DNA of 63,402 nt, the filler included, from Stramenopiles sp. TOSAG23-2 (Eukaryota), in assembly GCA_900128395.1 (NCBI GenBank). It is 11 parts of 11 records of this genome, joined end to end, with 100 filler letters (N's around TTAATTAATTAA, not from the genome) between each part and the next. Parts side by side here need not be neighbours in the genome. Positions count along the whole stretch, not along the records: positions 20,261 to 26,895 come from LT650428.1; positions 26,996 to 33,616 come from LT650429.1; positions 33,717 to 40,332 come from LT650430.1; 8 more parts are not named here. One strand, given 5' to 3'. The stretch's first letter is position 1, and each line of letters opens with the position of its first letter. A program made the translations under genes and the position numbers. A model generated the notes under the pieces. It searched no databases. It was given only the letters and a program-made list of their open reading frames with translations, and had not been told where the DNA came from. This document shows, piece after piece, positions 24,072 through 35,341 of this stretch.

Positions 24072-24461
24072 ATGTGTTACAAAACTGTTGCCAATGCTAC
24101 CAAAGGATTTCATATTCGTTGGGGAACTGGCATTTTTCCCAGATATAGGAACGTTTCTGGTCCATATGTTTCTATAAAACGCATCAACCAAGCAAAACAA
24201 ATCGTGACGCATATTTTGTCGGAAGAAGAAATACGTATTGTTAGGGCGTTTCAAACGTTTGCTCGTAAGAAATATTACAATAAACATATCAAAGTGGACG
24301 TAGATATTCAAGCTGCTAAAGATATGGTAAACAATACGGTGCTTCATACACGAGATAATGATTTGTATGGTGAATCGGATGGTGAACAGATATGGATATC
24401 TAATATTAAAATGTCGGGTGAAATATTAGTAGGAACGATAATGAAGACCGCAATATGCTGA
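24072..24461 (+). CDS. Virus-like hypothetical protein, possibly a truncated metallopeptidase-like gene
   Basis: LYGESDGEQIWIS..EILVGTIM resembles the lead-in to an HExxH motif, but that motif is absent; overlaps the opposing ORF. Confidence 0.4.
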   Translation: MCYKTVANATKGFHIRWGTGIFPRYRNVSGPYVSIKRINQAKQIVTHILSEEEIRIVRAFQTFARKKYYNKHIKVDVDIQAAKDMVNNTVLHTRDNDLYGESDGEQIWISNIKMSGEILVGTIMKTAIC

Positions 24462-24641
24462 ACGTTGTCGTTCGTGAAAATCAGAACCGTGTACTAAACG
24501 ACTACTATGGCGAGTATTGTATGGAATAGAATCTTTTTTTATCACCTTTCTTTTTGTCTCTGAAACACCGTTTACAATGGATTTAAACGAATCTTGAAGT
24601 TTTCGTTTTCTAACAATTTCATATATTGGGTCTTCTATCAT
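24426..24641 (-). CDS. Small hypothetical protein (virus-like cluster)
   Basis: ATG 9 nt after the stop of the upstream minus-strand ORF. Confidence 0.35.
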   Translation of the reverse strand: MIEDPIYEIVRKRKLQDSFKSIVNGVSETKRKVIKKDSIPYNTRHSSRLVHGSDFHERQRSAYCGLHYRSY

Positions 24642-24650
24642 TGTCCTTAG

Positions 24651-25100
24651 TCAAACTTTATTTTCTTTTATACGCATTTTATTGCTAACATATGCGTTCC
24701 ATATGCTAGTAAATGTTATTATTGCTTGGTTGTACTGTATTTGAGTTTCTTTCCATTTGTTAAGGTATTTATCTACCCATTCTATTGTTTTAGTATGTAT
24801 TTTCTCTATATCTTGTTCTTTGCATCGTATAATTCTTTTCCATCTTCTTAATGTTTGTTTTGAATTTTTAGTATCGTCTACGACAAAATTGGACCACCAA
24901 ATCATAATATACGATTTAATTTCTTCTGGTGATTCATCTATATCAAAGTGGTATTTCTCTCTGTATTTCCCATCTATTAGAGTGGATAATTGAAATAGTA
25001 AACGTTGATAATCTATAAGTTTAATAGAAATATTTTCTAGATTTTTAGAAAGAGTGTTTATAGAGTTCCATATAAATATATCTGGATGTTTTTCGGTCAT
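24651..25100 (-). CDS. Hypothetical helical protein (virus-like cluster)
   Basis: 149-aa intronless ORF starting 5 nt after the upstream stop. Confidence 0.55.
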   Translation of the reverse strand: MTEKHPDIFIWNSINTLSKNLENISIKLIDYQRLLFQLSTLIDGKYREKYHFDIDESPEEIKSYIMIWWSNFVVDDTKNSKQTLRRWKRIIRCKEQDIEKIHTKTIEWVDKYLNKWKETQIQYNQAIITFTSIWNAYVSNKMRIKENKV

Positions 25101-25105
25101 ATTGA

Positions 25106-25772
25106 TTATTTTTTTACTCTCTTTATACCTTTATTTCGATGTGCATCAATTTTTTTGTGGTGTGAAATGTGGTCAGTCCATTTATTGTCATGACCTCGTT
25201 GGTTATCATGGTCCATATGCATATCTCGCATACCATTTGGTAACATTTTATTTTTTATTTCTTGTATTTTGACGTGACGTTTTTTCTTTTCGGCACGTTT
25301 TAAACGCATTTGACGTCTAGAACCTCTTGCCATCATTTTAGGTGTTATTACGATTATACCTTCATCTTCATCTTCTTTTTTTTTCTCTGAAGTGTTTTTC
25401 ATTTTATTTACATTGGGCATTTCGACATCCAGTTCTTTTTCGTCTTTTTTTTCTGGCAACACACATTCCACCTTTCTCATCTTCATAAGCACAGCCAATA
25501 CAACAGCACTAATAAATATAAACGAACATACAATGATTAATGCGATATCGGAAGCAGCCAACCCACTCGGTTGTAATACACTTTTATCAACACTATTACG
25601 CGACTCGTCTGCTATCTCCCAAATCATTTCTGTGCTAATGGTATTTTTCGTAGTTTTTACAAAAACAATAGGTTGGTCCAACGTTTTTAACCTCCTACTT
25701 TCAGCCAATATGCGAAACGTTCCAGACGATACAGAACTATCTGAATCGGTTGCTGTCCAAGAGACATTGTAA
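25106..25772 (-). CDS. Single-pass membrane protein with basic tail; 5' part frameshifted
   Basis: Frame extends upstream as NVSWTATDSDSSVSSGTFRILAESRRL; TM segment IALIIVCSFIFISAVVLAVLM. Confidence 0.5.
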
Positions 25773-26604
25773 AAGAATCTATATCTTCATGTAATGTAAA
25801 CCCGCTTCTAAAATGTTTGGACCCTTGTTCCACATCGACAACGTATTGGCTTTCTCTACATTTATTACATAACAATGCTGTGTCGTTGGTAGGAGCTGGC
25901 ATATGTTTTCCAATACTTTTGGTGAATTTTAATGTTTTTTGTGGTTTTCTGGTGTTAATAATGACCATGGATACTATAGTGATTACAGAACCAAATATGT
26001 ATATGTCCCATCTAGGTTCATATGGAAATACACAATCACACCATGTAAACCATCTTAATGTATTGATGATAAATTCGTCGGATAAACGAAAAAGCCAAAT
26101 GTTTTCATATCGTTTAATTTCATGTATACTGGTTGAACCTATTTTTTTAATTTCTGTTGTCATTGCATAATTTATTACTGCCCAAACCAACAATAACGAA
26201 CCATACCATCTAACTTTGCAATCTATAACTGTTTCAAAATCTAAAAATATTGAAAATATATACCAAACGAGCCAGAACATACCGAACCCAAATGAAACTC
26301 TAGATGGTTCGTCCATTGCTTTTATAAACAACAGGCCAATAATAGATAAACTGGCATATCCAATGGATGAAAAGAAACATGTAAATATTGTTTCCGTCAA
26401 TAACATATTTCTTATTTTACCAATTTGCTCAGGACTAAAATTATAACACTTTTTATGACGTAAATCAATTATATCATATGTAATAGTAAAACAAAACCAG
26501 AGAGTAAAAATGGCTTGTTCTAAAGTCCTAGTAGTTATCATAGCAGCTAAAATACACAACGCGGGGCCTATGAAAACAGCGAATCGATTATGTTTAATAT
26601 TCAT
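25687..26604 (-). CDS. Multi-pass membrane protein, probably fused to a fragment of the next gene
   Basis: Several hydrophobic segments in the first 220 aa, then an abrupt change to soluble sequence. Confidence 0.5.
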   Translation of the reverse strand: MNIKHNRFAVFIGPALCILAAMITTRTLEQAIFTLWFCFTITYDIIDLRHKKCYNFSPEQIGKIRNMLLTETIFTCFFSSIGYASLSIIGLLFIKAMDEPSRVSFGFGMFWLVWYIFSIFLDFETVIDCKVRWYGSLLLVWAVINYAMTTEIKKIGSTSIHEIKRYENIWLFRLSDEFIINTLRWFTWCDCVFPYEPRWDIYIFGSVITIVSMVIINTRKPQKTLKFTKSIGKHMPAPTNDTALLCNKCRESQYVVDVEQGSKHFRSGFTLHEDIDSFTMSLGQQPIQIVLYRLERFAYWLKVGG

Positions 26605-27284
26605 TTATTATTGTACCATCCTCTATATAGGATAGATGTCAATTTTGCGGATTCATAACTATAAAAGCATATTGTTAATTTATATCATGAGCCAGAATAG
26701 TTTACTTACAATGAAACCGTTGTTAAGAAAACAAAAATCTTCTACAACTACTATATCGATAAAACCACACCAAGAGAAATATGTAAAAATAACGATGGGT
26801 TTGGCATTTTTTTCATTATAGCATATTATTATCAACCATTGAAAGATTCACTTTGTTTTATTTTATATGGTAATATGACATGTCAATCTACGATANNNNN
26901 NNNNNNNNNNNNNNNNNNNNNNNNNNNNNNNNNNNNNNNTTAATTAATTAANNNNNNNNNNNNNNNNNNNNNNNNNNNNNNNNNNNNNNNNNNNNTGAAA
27001 GATGGACAATGAATCGTAACATTGCGATAGAGTTCATTGAAATCCACAGAGTGTGCCAATATTTTTAATTTATAAAAACATTGGTGGAGGATATATATCA
27101 TATATAAATATATATTAAAATATTTAATACCACTCGTATCTTTTGATACGTAATATATCATATCATAATATCATGTGGATATTGATGAAGTAAAAAGACA
27201 TGTTAAATATATATATATATATAATGCATAATATGATATCTATCATATATCATTATCATACATAGATCATCTAGATTATAAACC

Positions 27285-28400
27285 TCAACTCTTTTTTTTA
27301 TTCTTGCCCTTTTTCTTTTTTGTTATTACTTTTTCATTTGTCGTTATTTTATTGACATTATTGTTATTATTACTTTTATTTCCATCGTTTGTTTTTGGTT
27401 TCATTTTCAATGCTGCAAAAAATAAATCTTCTAAATCATAATCTCTACATGTTTGAGCGAATTGTGACATTTGATTTTTACCAAATTCAATAAAACGTTT
27501 ATTTTTTATTACTCTTAAATCATCTAATGATTGGCCCATATCACCTTTCACTTGTTGCTCACCGCGTACGACCAGCATTTTCCATCTTAATCGTTGTAAT
27601 GATTGTACATATATTTTACAATTTTCTTCATCTCCTTCTACTAGTATTAAGCCAGGCCATCCAATTTTGGAAAAACCACTTAATTTTAATTCAGCAGCCC
27701 AATTACATACTGCTGATCGTTTGGAATCAGCAATAATGTGATGACTAAAAATCATCCTTCTGCCTAAGATTGGAATTTGAGATTGTTGATATAATTTTTC
27801 CAACTCAATCTTTTGTTGTAGCATTTCATTTTGGATAAACAACCTAGTTTTCCTTGCGCTTTCTACCATTTCAGTGCATTTGTCAATGCCAGTTTGAAAC
27901 AATACATACAATGTTTCCTCATCATTTGCATTATTCGATATTTCTTGAATTTGATTCATTATACTTTTCTTTTCTTCGCTTGAAATTTCTTCACATTTTA
28001 ATGCAACTACATTTACATGATTTTCTTTTTTTTCATCATTTTTCATTATGTAATTTACAGGGACATTTAATATTATTTCAACAATACATGGAGGCAAATC
28101 ATCTGCAATGGATAATTCTGAAATTACTTTAATTTGAAAAGACAAAAATGATTTTTCTATACTAGCAAATGTAAAATCACTAGGTGTGGATACTATTGAA
28201 TTAAAAATTGTTTTAATAAATTGCAATTTTTTGATGTCAACTATGATGAACCCATTCAGAAAAATTTCTTGCAAAGCTTCGATCTCATCTAACAATCTAG
28301 ACAACGAATCAAATTCTTCTGTGACATTGGTAATTTTTGACTCATCCGGATCTTGCTGTGGATTTCTAGACGGCATATGTATTGTTGGTATGTTATCCAT
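27285..28400 (-). CDS. RWD domain protein, RWDD2-like (C-terminal DUF1115-type region)
   Basis: DEIEALQEIF (RWD start); RRMIFSHHII..KR..WAAELKLSGFSKIGWPGLILVEG..LQRLRWK. Confidence 0.85.
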   Translation of the reverse strand: MDNIPTIHMPSRNPQQDPDESKITNVTEEFDSLSRLLDEIEALQEIFLNGFIIVDIKKLQFIKTIFNSIVSTPSDFTFASIEKSFLSFQIKVISELSIADDLPPCIVEIILNVPVNYIMKNDEKKENHVNVVALKCEEISSEEKKSIMNQIQEISNNANDEETLYVLFQTGIDKCTEMVESARKTRLFIQNEMLQQKIELEKLYQQSQIPILGRRMIFSHHIIADSKRSAVCNWAAELKLSGFSKIGWPGLILVEGDEENCKIYVQSLQRLRWKMLVVRGEQQVKGDMGQSLDDLRVIKNKRFIEFGKNQMSQFAQTCRDYDLEDLFFAALKMKPKTNDGNKSNNNNNVNKITTNEKVITKKKKGKNKKKS

Positions 28401-28760
28401 CGTTTATTATTATGCTATTGTTACAAATATTATTCGGATATACAGAAGATAAAATGATGGACTTAGGATTTTTATTTTATTTATATTTATGGTTGGGTTT
28501 TTATTTTTGTTTTGATCTGTTTTATTATAATATTTTGCTGGGTCTTTTTTCTTTTTCCTCATTATTCATTCCGTATAACATACCACCTGTACCACCAGTA
28601 TGTGTGGTAAGTACAATAATAATACAGGTAGCTATTGTTATTAGATACAACAGTATCGCAGATGAGAAAATATCAGAAAGAAAATGTAGATATACATCAC
28701 AGATACATCTCCATTGGTAAACATAAAACATACTGTATTTAGTACAGATGTTAATATAAC

Positions 28761-29555
28761 ATGGCAAAGATCATGCGGAGGAGGTATTATTTTAATACTG
28801 TCGAAAATAAATATATAAAAAGTGAAACCATAGTCAGTACCAACATTATTGAAGAAAAAGAAGATCAGAAGAAGATAGTAAATCAAGAAAATAATATAAA
28901 TAACAACATTTGTACAATCAATATCTTTGAAGATTCAAGTGAACGAACTGGTGGAAGTGTTTATTACGCTGCGACGTTTTTGTGTGAATATCTTCTATCT
29001 ATACGCCAAGAATTTAAACATAAATGTGTAATTGAATTAGGAGCTGGAACTGGGTTATGTGGTTTATTATTGTATCATTTAAAAGCAAAGCAGGTTGTAT
29101 TGACTGATTGTAATCATATGAAATTATTAAATAGCTCAAAATTGTTACAAGAAGAAGGAGATGATAATATAAAAAATGAAAAAATATTAATTGAATATTA
29201 TAATTGGATGGTACCTAATGAGATATCGGATACATTCCCAACTGAAGTAGATTATGTAATTGCTAGTGATGTCATATATGATGCAAGTACTGCAGAAACA
29301 TTTTTAAATGCAATACAATATCTATGTTCAAATAAATATAAATCCAAACCCCCAAAAATCATTGTCTCGCATCAACCACGCCTAAGTGGTGTTGATGATG
29401 CATTTTATGAAAAGTTGAAAGATGATTGTAACTTTATCTTAAATCAAATTGAACCAATACATGGAAATCCAGTCGCTAATCTGTTTGAATTAATATATGA
29501 TCCAACTGTTAAGAAAAATAGAAAAAGTGGAAGTATGTCTTGTAAAATAATGTAA
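28761..29555 (+). CDS. METTL21/23-like seven-beta-strand protein methyltransferase
   Basis: TGGSVYYAATFLCEY, VIELGAGTGLCGL, VVLTD, DYVIASDVIY. Confidence 0.88.
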   Translation: MAKIMRRRYYFNTVENKYIKSETIVSTNIIEEKEDQKKIVNQENNINNNICTINIFEDSSERTGGSVYYAATFLCEYLLSIRQEFKHKCVIELGAGTGLCGLLLYHLKAKQVVLTDCNHMKLLNSSKLLQEEGDDNIKNEKILIEYYNWMVPNEISDTFPTEVDYVIASDVIYDASTAETFLNAIQYLCSNKYKSKPPKIIVSHQPRLSGVDDAFYEKLKDDCNFILNQIEPIHGNPVANLFELIYDPTVKKNRKSGSMSCKIM

Positions 29556-30191
29556 AAAATTAAAATGTTGTCTGTGTGTTTGTGTTGTCCTCTTTAATGC
29601 ATCATTTTATTATAGTCGTCTATTAGGTGTGATAGTATTATCATATTACTTTTTGCACCTTCGTAATATTTTTTTAAAAAATAGAGTACAATATTATCCT
29701 CTCGTGCTCTCCAGCTCTCCAGCTCTCCTGACATTTTTGATGGCACAACACGGAAAAAAATTTTTTGATATTTTTTTCGACCCTTCTCTCCTGCCCCAAT
29801 GCAACCGACTTCAGGAACGGAGCGGTACGATTTCTTAGACTCCGAAATCATATAGGAAAATACCATATCGGAATTCGGTTTAAGTATGGACCATAGTATA
29901 CTCCCCAAAAATCACCCCTACGCGAATAGCATTTGAATATTATTAATAATAATTGTCTTTTTTTATCCTCATTTTATTAAAATTATATATTTATTACATC
30001 ATAAGTCTGGAAGTTATATATATATAAGCTATAAGCTAATCTTCTCCACTCTCAAACTAACCTGTTCAACACACCAACCTGACAAGTAATAACAAAACGC
30101 CAAATCCAGACCAAAAACGAATCAATTATTTCCTATTTTTTTTTGGAAGCAACATATTACCATTTATACAATTGATACTGGCAAATTGACT

Positions 30192-31043
30192 ATGGCTCTC
30201 CATTTCTACTTTTTGCTAACATGCTTTGCACTAATGGGCTTGGCTCATGCTGGTCAAACTTATGAGAATATTTGTGCGAATCCGGCAGACTATGATGGAA
30301 ATGCACAATATCTTAGCGATGGCAACTGTAGCACTGCTATTGGAAGTAAGAATGTTTGGTCAAATATAAATTGGACAACGGTAACGTGTAGTGATCTGAG
30401 CGAATCTGATACGTACACCACCCTCAACTCAGTTGGACAAGTTTGCTGTGGGGGAAAGCGAACAATTTGTACACCAGACTATTCAAAGATCTGCAAAGAT
30501 CCCAGTAAGTATACCCCAGATGCGACATATACAAACGGCCCTGTTGGTGGAAAATGCGGATCTTTTACTGTAGAAACGTGGAAAAATGTAACGTCATGGA
30601 ATTCAGTTCAATGTTCCGAGTTTACAGGTGATTCCAACAATATGCAGACAGCAAAAGGATACCTGAACACTGTCTTTACTAAAAACTGCTGTAGCGACAA
30701 ACAGAACTTGTGTGACAAGGACTATTCCAAGTTATGCTCCGACCCTTCTACGTACCAAGGGACTAAACTGTGGAAAAGCGGTGCTACTTTAGATTGCGAC
30801 GGAATGATTAAAAAATATTTTCAGGGAGAGGTTAATTGGACAAATCCAACCTGTATATCAGAAATGGAAACCTATTCGCGGTGTTGCTCAAATGATAAAA
30901 CGATGTGCTCGAAGGACATTTCAACTAGCACAACCACTGCTGGGCCTTCTAAAGTTGAAGATACCAGCAACAGCGTACATTTACGTAGCGACACAAAGGT
31001 TGTTTTCATAACCTTTTTCATATGGATTGGTCTTCTGCATTGA
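30192..31043 (+). CDS. Cys-rich secreted surface protein with three internal repeats, probably GPI-anchored
   Basis: Signal peptide; repeats ICANPADY / DYSKICKDPSKY / DYSKLCSDPSTY, each ending CC..K..C; Ser/Thr linker and hydrophobic C-terminus. Confidence 0.8.
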   Translation: MALHFYFLLTCFALMGLAHAGQTYENICANPADYDGNAQYLSDGNCSTAIGSKNVWSNINWTTVTCSDLSESDTYTTLNSVGQVCCGGKRTICTPDYSKICKDPSKYTPDATYTNGPVGGKCGSFTVETWKNVTSWNSVQCSEFTGDSNNMQTAKGYLNTVFTKNCCSDKQNLCDKDYSKLCSDPSTYQGTKLWKSGATLDCDGMIKKYFQGEVNWTNPTCISEMETYSRCCSNDKTMCSKDISTSTTTAGPSKVEDTSNSVHLRSDTKVVFITFFIWIGLLH

Positions 31044-31269
31044 TCACATTGTGTACGCCTTGTTGTTTTCCATGAGTGGCAGGAAAAGATGAATCGAAAA
31101 AAATAAATGGCGAAAATACTAGATTGAAAGTTGAAAGTTGAAAGCACCAAGCACATAGCTTCTAAATGTGGTATAGTGTTAATAGTGCTATATATATAAA
31201 ATATTCAAATCTAGAAACTCTTATTAAAAAATAAAAATAATAAAAAACAAAGTAAATCCGAAGTGTTCT

Positions 31270-33278
31270 TTAATCTTCTTTCTCTAATATCACGATGTCA
31301 TCTGTTTGTGTTCCTTTCTCGACTAAACGAATTACATATGATGTATTATTATTATTATTCCTTTCTTTATTTGTCAATCGTTTTTTATCACCTTTATTTG
31401 TAGTGCTAATATTACTGATACTACTACGGTCAGTATTTGGTTGTGAAACATTGACTATTTTATCTGTTTTAGACGGTTCCATGTACGTAGTTGACACATA
31501 TATTTCTTTTTTAAAGCCATTGTTAACATCTTCAACATAATCAAAATAAGCAACTTCGTCTAAATATTTAAAATCGTCTAATAAAATACTTGCACCTTCT
31601 CTCAATTCATACATATTTAAGCCACCATATTCTTTTTGTCTTAAAGGTATTTGAGATTTATTGATAGATTTAATAGATAAATTACCAGCTAATTCCTCGA
31701 GACNNNNNNNGCAGGGAATAATAATGGATTCATAAAAGTTGGATACAAATCTAACATAGAAGAAATACATTGTCCATCTTTAATCATGATGCCGTCCATG
31801 AAGTCCATATCATGCTTCATTTTTGTTGTATAATTTTCTCCCTTATAAAAAAATGATCGAGGTGGCATTTGAATTCTTGAATATACAATTTTATGATTTG
31901 ATACTGTTGATGGTGTTATTGTTGTCTTCGCTAACATATTATTAATACAGGTACTACTAGTTGGTGTGATGCTTGTCTTTGCCTCGCTATGGCTCATTTT
32001 GTCATCATCATTTATTGGTGGTAATAATTGTTGTTCTCCTTGATCGAATTGATAATATTGTTCTTGTGGTGTCCAGTTTGAAAAATCTAATGTATTAGGC
32101 GTCAATGGTGTAATAGGCATACCAATTTGGAAAAAATCAGCAATAGTATTGTTGCTGCTTCTTGGTATATTGCTACCAGCAACAGTGTGATTGTGTTGCT
32201 GATTTGCCATACTATCGGCATTTACATTCATCTCATAAAACGTATCTTCCTCTAATTTCTTCATACAAAGTCTCCATTCGCTAATTTCCAATAGTATTTT
32301 TAATGATGCTTGCCTAATATTATCACATGTCTTTCTTAATTGTTTTAACCTCAATGCTTTTTTTGCATTTTGTATTGCAATTCTCATAGCAAATGTGCCA
32401 TCACCTGACATTAACGAAGTGTGGCAATTCTCTCGTAAACGTAAAATTGCTCTTTCTCTTGTGGCAATATTACGAAGGATAGATAATTCAAGACGTTTCG
32501 AACCTATATCTGATGATGAGCCATAACCTGGTAAAAAATAAGATGGGTCGTTTTTTTTAGATCGAACGATACCAGTAGGCAAATATGCACTATCCCTATC
32601 AAACCCGGGCATGTTGTCTACTCCAGATTCAATTATTTGACTCAATCGCTTCGATACTCGTTGATATTGTCCATGATGCTTCAATTTTCTATCCTTTAAC
32701 AGTGTTGATATTTTGCTACGTTCTAAGTTACCACGGAAAAATGTATCTGGATTACTACATTTGTAAAATAAATTGGGGGTATTGATATATTCAGGATGAT
32801 TCCAATCGATTGGTTCGTTTTTTATTTCGCGTGGCACTTGTTGTTTTAGTCTATTTCTACGATTGCGTTTGAAACTTCTGCGTCCGACAAATTTTTCCGT
32901 TGGGTTAAATGGTTTCTGTGTATTATTATTGGATTTTTTTTTAAATTTTAATGGACCAAATTTACGTTTAGATGCTCCATGCAAAACTTGAGATCTTTGC
33001 CTTATTGATAAATCATTTAATTCCTTAGGTAATAATGGTGATAATAATGGCTTTTCCATTTTCTTCTCACCAAACGGTATTTCTCCTAACGAATATGTAT
33101 ATTCTTTATATATAGTCTGCGATGGTATGTACGGTGGTGGCTTTTTATAATATTTATCATAAGAATCTGCATCAAGTGAAGCCCATATTAAATCTTCTTT
33201 CTTTAATGGTCTTATTAACTCATCCGGATCTTGCTGTGAATTTCTAGACGGCATATGTATTGTTGGTATGTTATCCAT
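31270..33278 (-). CDS. Hypothetical protein spanning a 7-N scaffold gap at 31704-31710
   Basis: 529-aa ORF continues as the 31270-31703 frame across the gap; FFYKGENYTTKMKHDMDF..NPLLFP segment. Confidence 0.6.
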
Positions 33279-33782
33279 CGTTTATTATTATGCTATTGTT
33301 ACATATATTATTCGGATATACAGAAGATAAAATGATGGACTTAGGATTTTTATTTTATTTTAGTATATGATGGACTTAGGATTTTTCATTTTTTCATCAT
33401 TTTTCATCTTCAACAAACTTATAACTTATACATTTACTTTTGTATGTTGTGCTGTTGTTGTTAAAATGTATAATAAATTTACCAGGTACTAATATACAAT
33501 ACTATTACGCGTACAGTATTTAGCTATTACAGGTATTTACCATTACAACTCGCATATTTTTCATCAAATTTCATTAAAATCAACATTTTCAACCTAAATT
33601 CTTATAATTCCTTGTTNNNNNNNNNNNNNNNNNNNNNNNNNNNNNNNNNNNNNNNNNNNNTTAATTAATTAANNNNNNNNNNNNNNNNNNNNNNNNNNNN
33701 NNNNNNNNNNNNNNNNGGGGGGGGTATATATATAAAATATTTAAAAAGTTGTGTCTAAAATTTACCCGGTGCCCGCTGCTTT

Positions 33783-34931
33783 CTATTTGCTGTGTTCAAC
33801 AATTTGTTTCTCACAAGCTTCAATTTGCTTTAAAAACCAATCTTCATCTAATACAGCTTCATATGTTGGGACTTTTACTAAATTAATTCCATGTAATTTC
33901 AATGTTGCTGTACCATCAAGTGCTTTGAATGGTTCATTTTCATTTTCACGCGATCGAACAGCAACAATGCTGTCATCTGGATTATTTTTAATATTATCAT
34001 CAAAAAATATATGATGGTAATTTTGGTCACTTTCTGTTATCCATAAGGGTTTTCCAAAGGAAGGGCGATAACCATTATTAGCCCAATAATGGTAATCATC
34101 CTGACAAGCTACAATTGAAATACTATTATCTTTATTATTACCTTGCAACATCTTTAACGCCTCATTTTCATCGGAAATAATTTTCTTTTCATCAAATTTA
34201 TTTTGTAATTTAAAATTTCCATCTTTTTCATCATAACGACCGTTCCAAACATCATCTTTTGTTATAAAAAATTCATTTAGCTTTTTTTTGTTGTTATTAT
34301 CATTAGTACCATCATCATCATGATAATAATATTTTGACAGATGTTTTCCTTGTGAAAATGCATTAATACATGCTACAAGTTCATCCATGTCATCACCATA
34401 TGTTCGTATAACAACTGAAAAAGATCTACCCCGTTGTTTCAAGGTTGAAAGTGTCTTAAAAAAACTAGGCAATAAAAATTGATGTATACCATCTTCGTGT
34501 AGTAATGAATCTGAAGGATCAGGTTTTGGCTCTTCAGTCGGCCATCGTAATGTTTTCTCAACTTGTTCATAAATTTTTCTATAACCTTTTCCATGTTGAA
34601 GTGTAGTAAATTGTTTTCTTTTATCTCCTAATAATTTCCTATAATATTCATAATACGATGTACAATGTTCAGGTCTTTCCCAATCTGAAAGCAATGGTGG
34701 CGGTGATTTCATAGAAGCTGTGGATTCTAGTGGTGTTCCATCATACCAAGTAATATGGTTTACATCTTTAGCATTAACAATTGCATTTTTTGCAATACAT
34801 TTATTAATACCATCTTCAAAGGAATCACCGCCAGCCACGTCACCTAATAAAATAGTTTCATTTACATCAAAATGTAATACTAAACGTGGTAATTTTCTTG
34901 ATGTTACTTTTGTCGTCATGGTTGTAGCCAT
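33783..34931 (-). CDS. Conserved HAD-like hypothetical protein
   Basis: LVLHFDVNETIL, VVIRTYGDD, HHIFFDDNI. Confidence 0.7.
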   Translation of the reverse strand: MATTMTTKVTSRKLPRLVLHFDVNETILLGDVAGGDSFEDGINKCIAKNAIVNAKDVNHITWYDGTPLESTASMKSPPPLLSDWERPEHCTSYYEYYRKLLGDKRKQFTTLQHGKGYRKIYEQVEKTLRWPTEEPKPDPSDSLLHEDGIHQFLLPSFFKTLSTLKQRGRSFSVVIRTYGDDMDELVACINAFSQGKHLSKYYYHDDDGTNDNNNKKKLNEFFITKDDVWNGRYDEKDGNFKLQNKFDEKKIISDENEALKMLQGNNKDNSISIVACQDDYHYWANNGYRPSFGKPLWITESDQNYHHIFFDDNIKNNPDDSIVAVRSRENENEPFKALDGTATLKLHGINLVKVPTYEAVLDEDWFLKQIEACEKQIVEHSK

Positions 34932-35341
34932 CGCTCTTGATATTGTGTATTTCTGTAATAATGTAAGAGTTGTACTTTGTATTTAGGTATTATAATTATG
35001 ATTTATCATTATATCTTTTGTACATGTATTTTTTACCTGAAGCTGTGGTATAGTAGAGCTATAGTGTGAAGAAGTGTGAAGTATGGAGGTGTTTAATGTA
35101 TTTATGTGTTATTAATATATAGTAAGTTATACTTGTTACTGTACTAACAAGAAAAAAAATTACAAAATACGTAGTGAGAGTAATTTCGAATATTAATCGA
35201 TTTTAAAACATCGAAACATTTAAACTTGGCGGTTTAACAAACTTCACCACACAAAGAATCATCAACAACTTCATCACCTCCACGAAAGCGATTCTTGTAG
35301 CATATTCATATAATATACTACAATACCGCATTGCACCCTTC

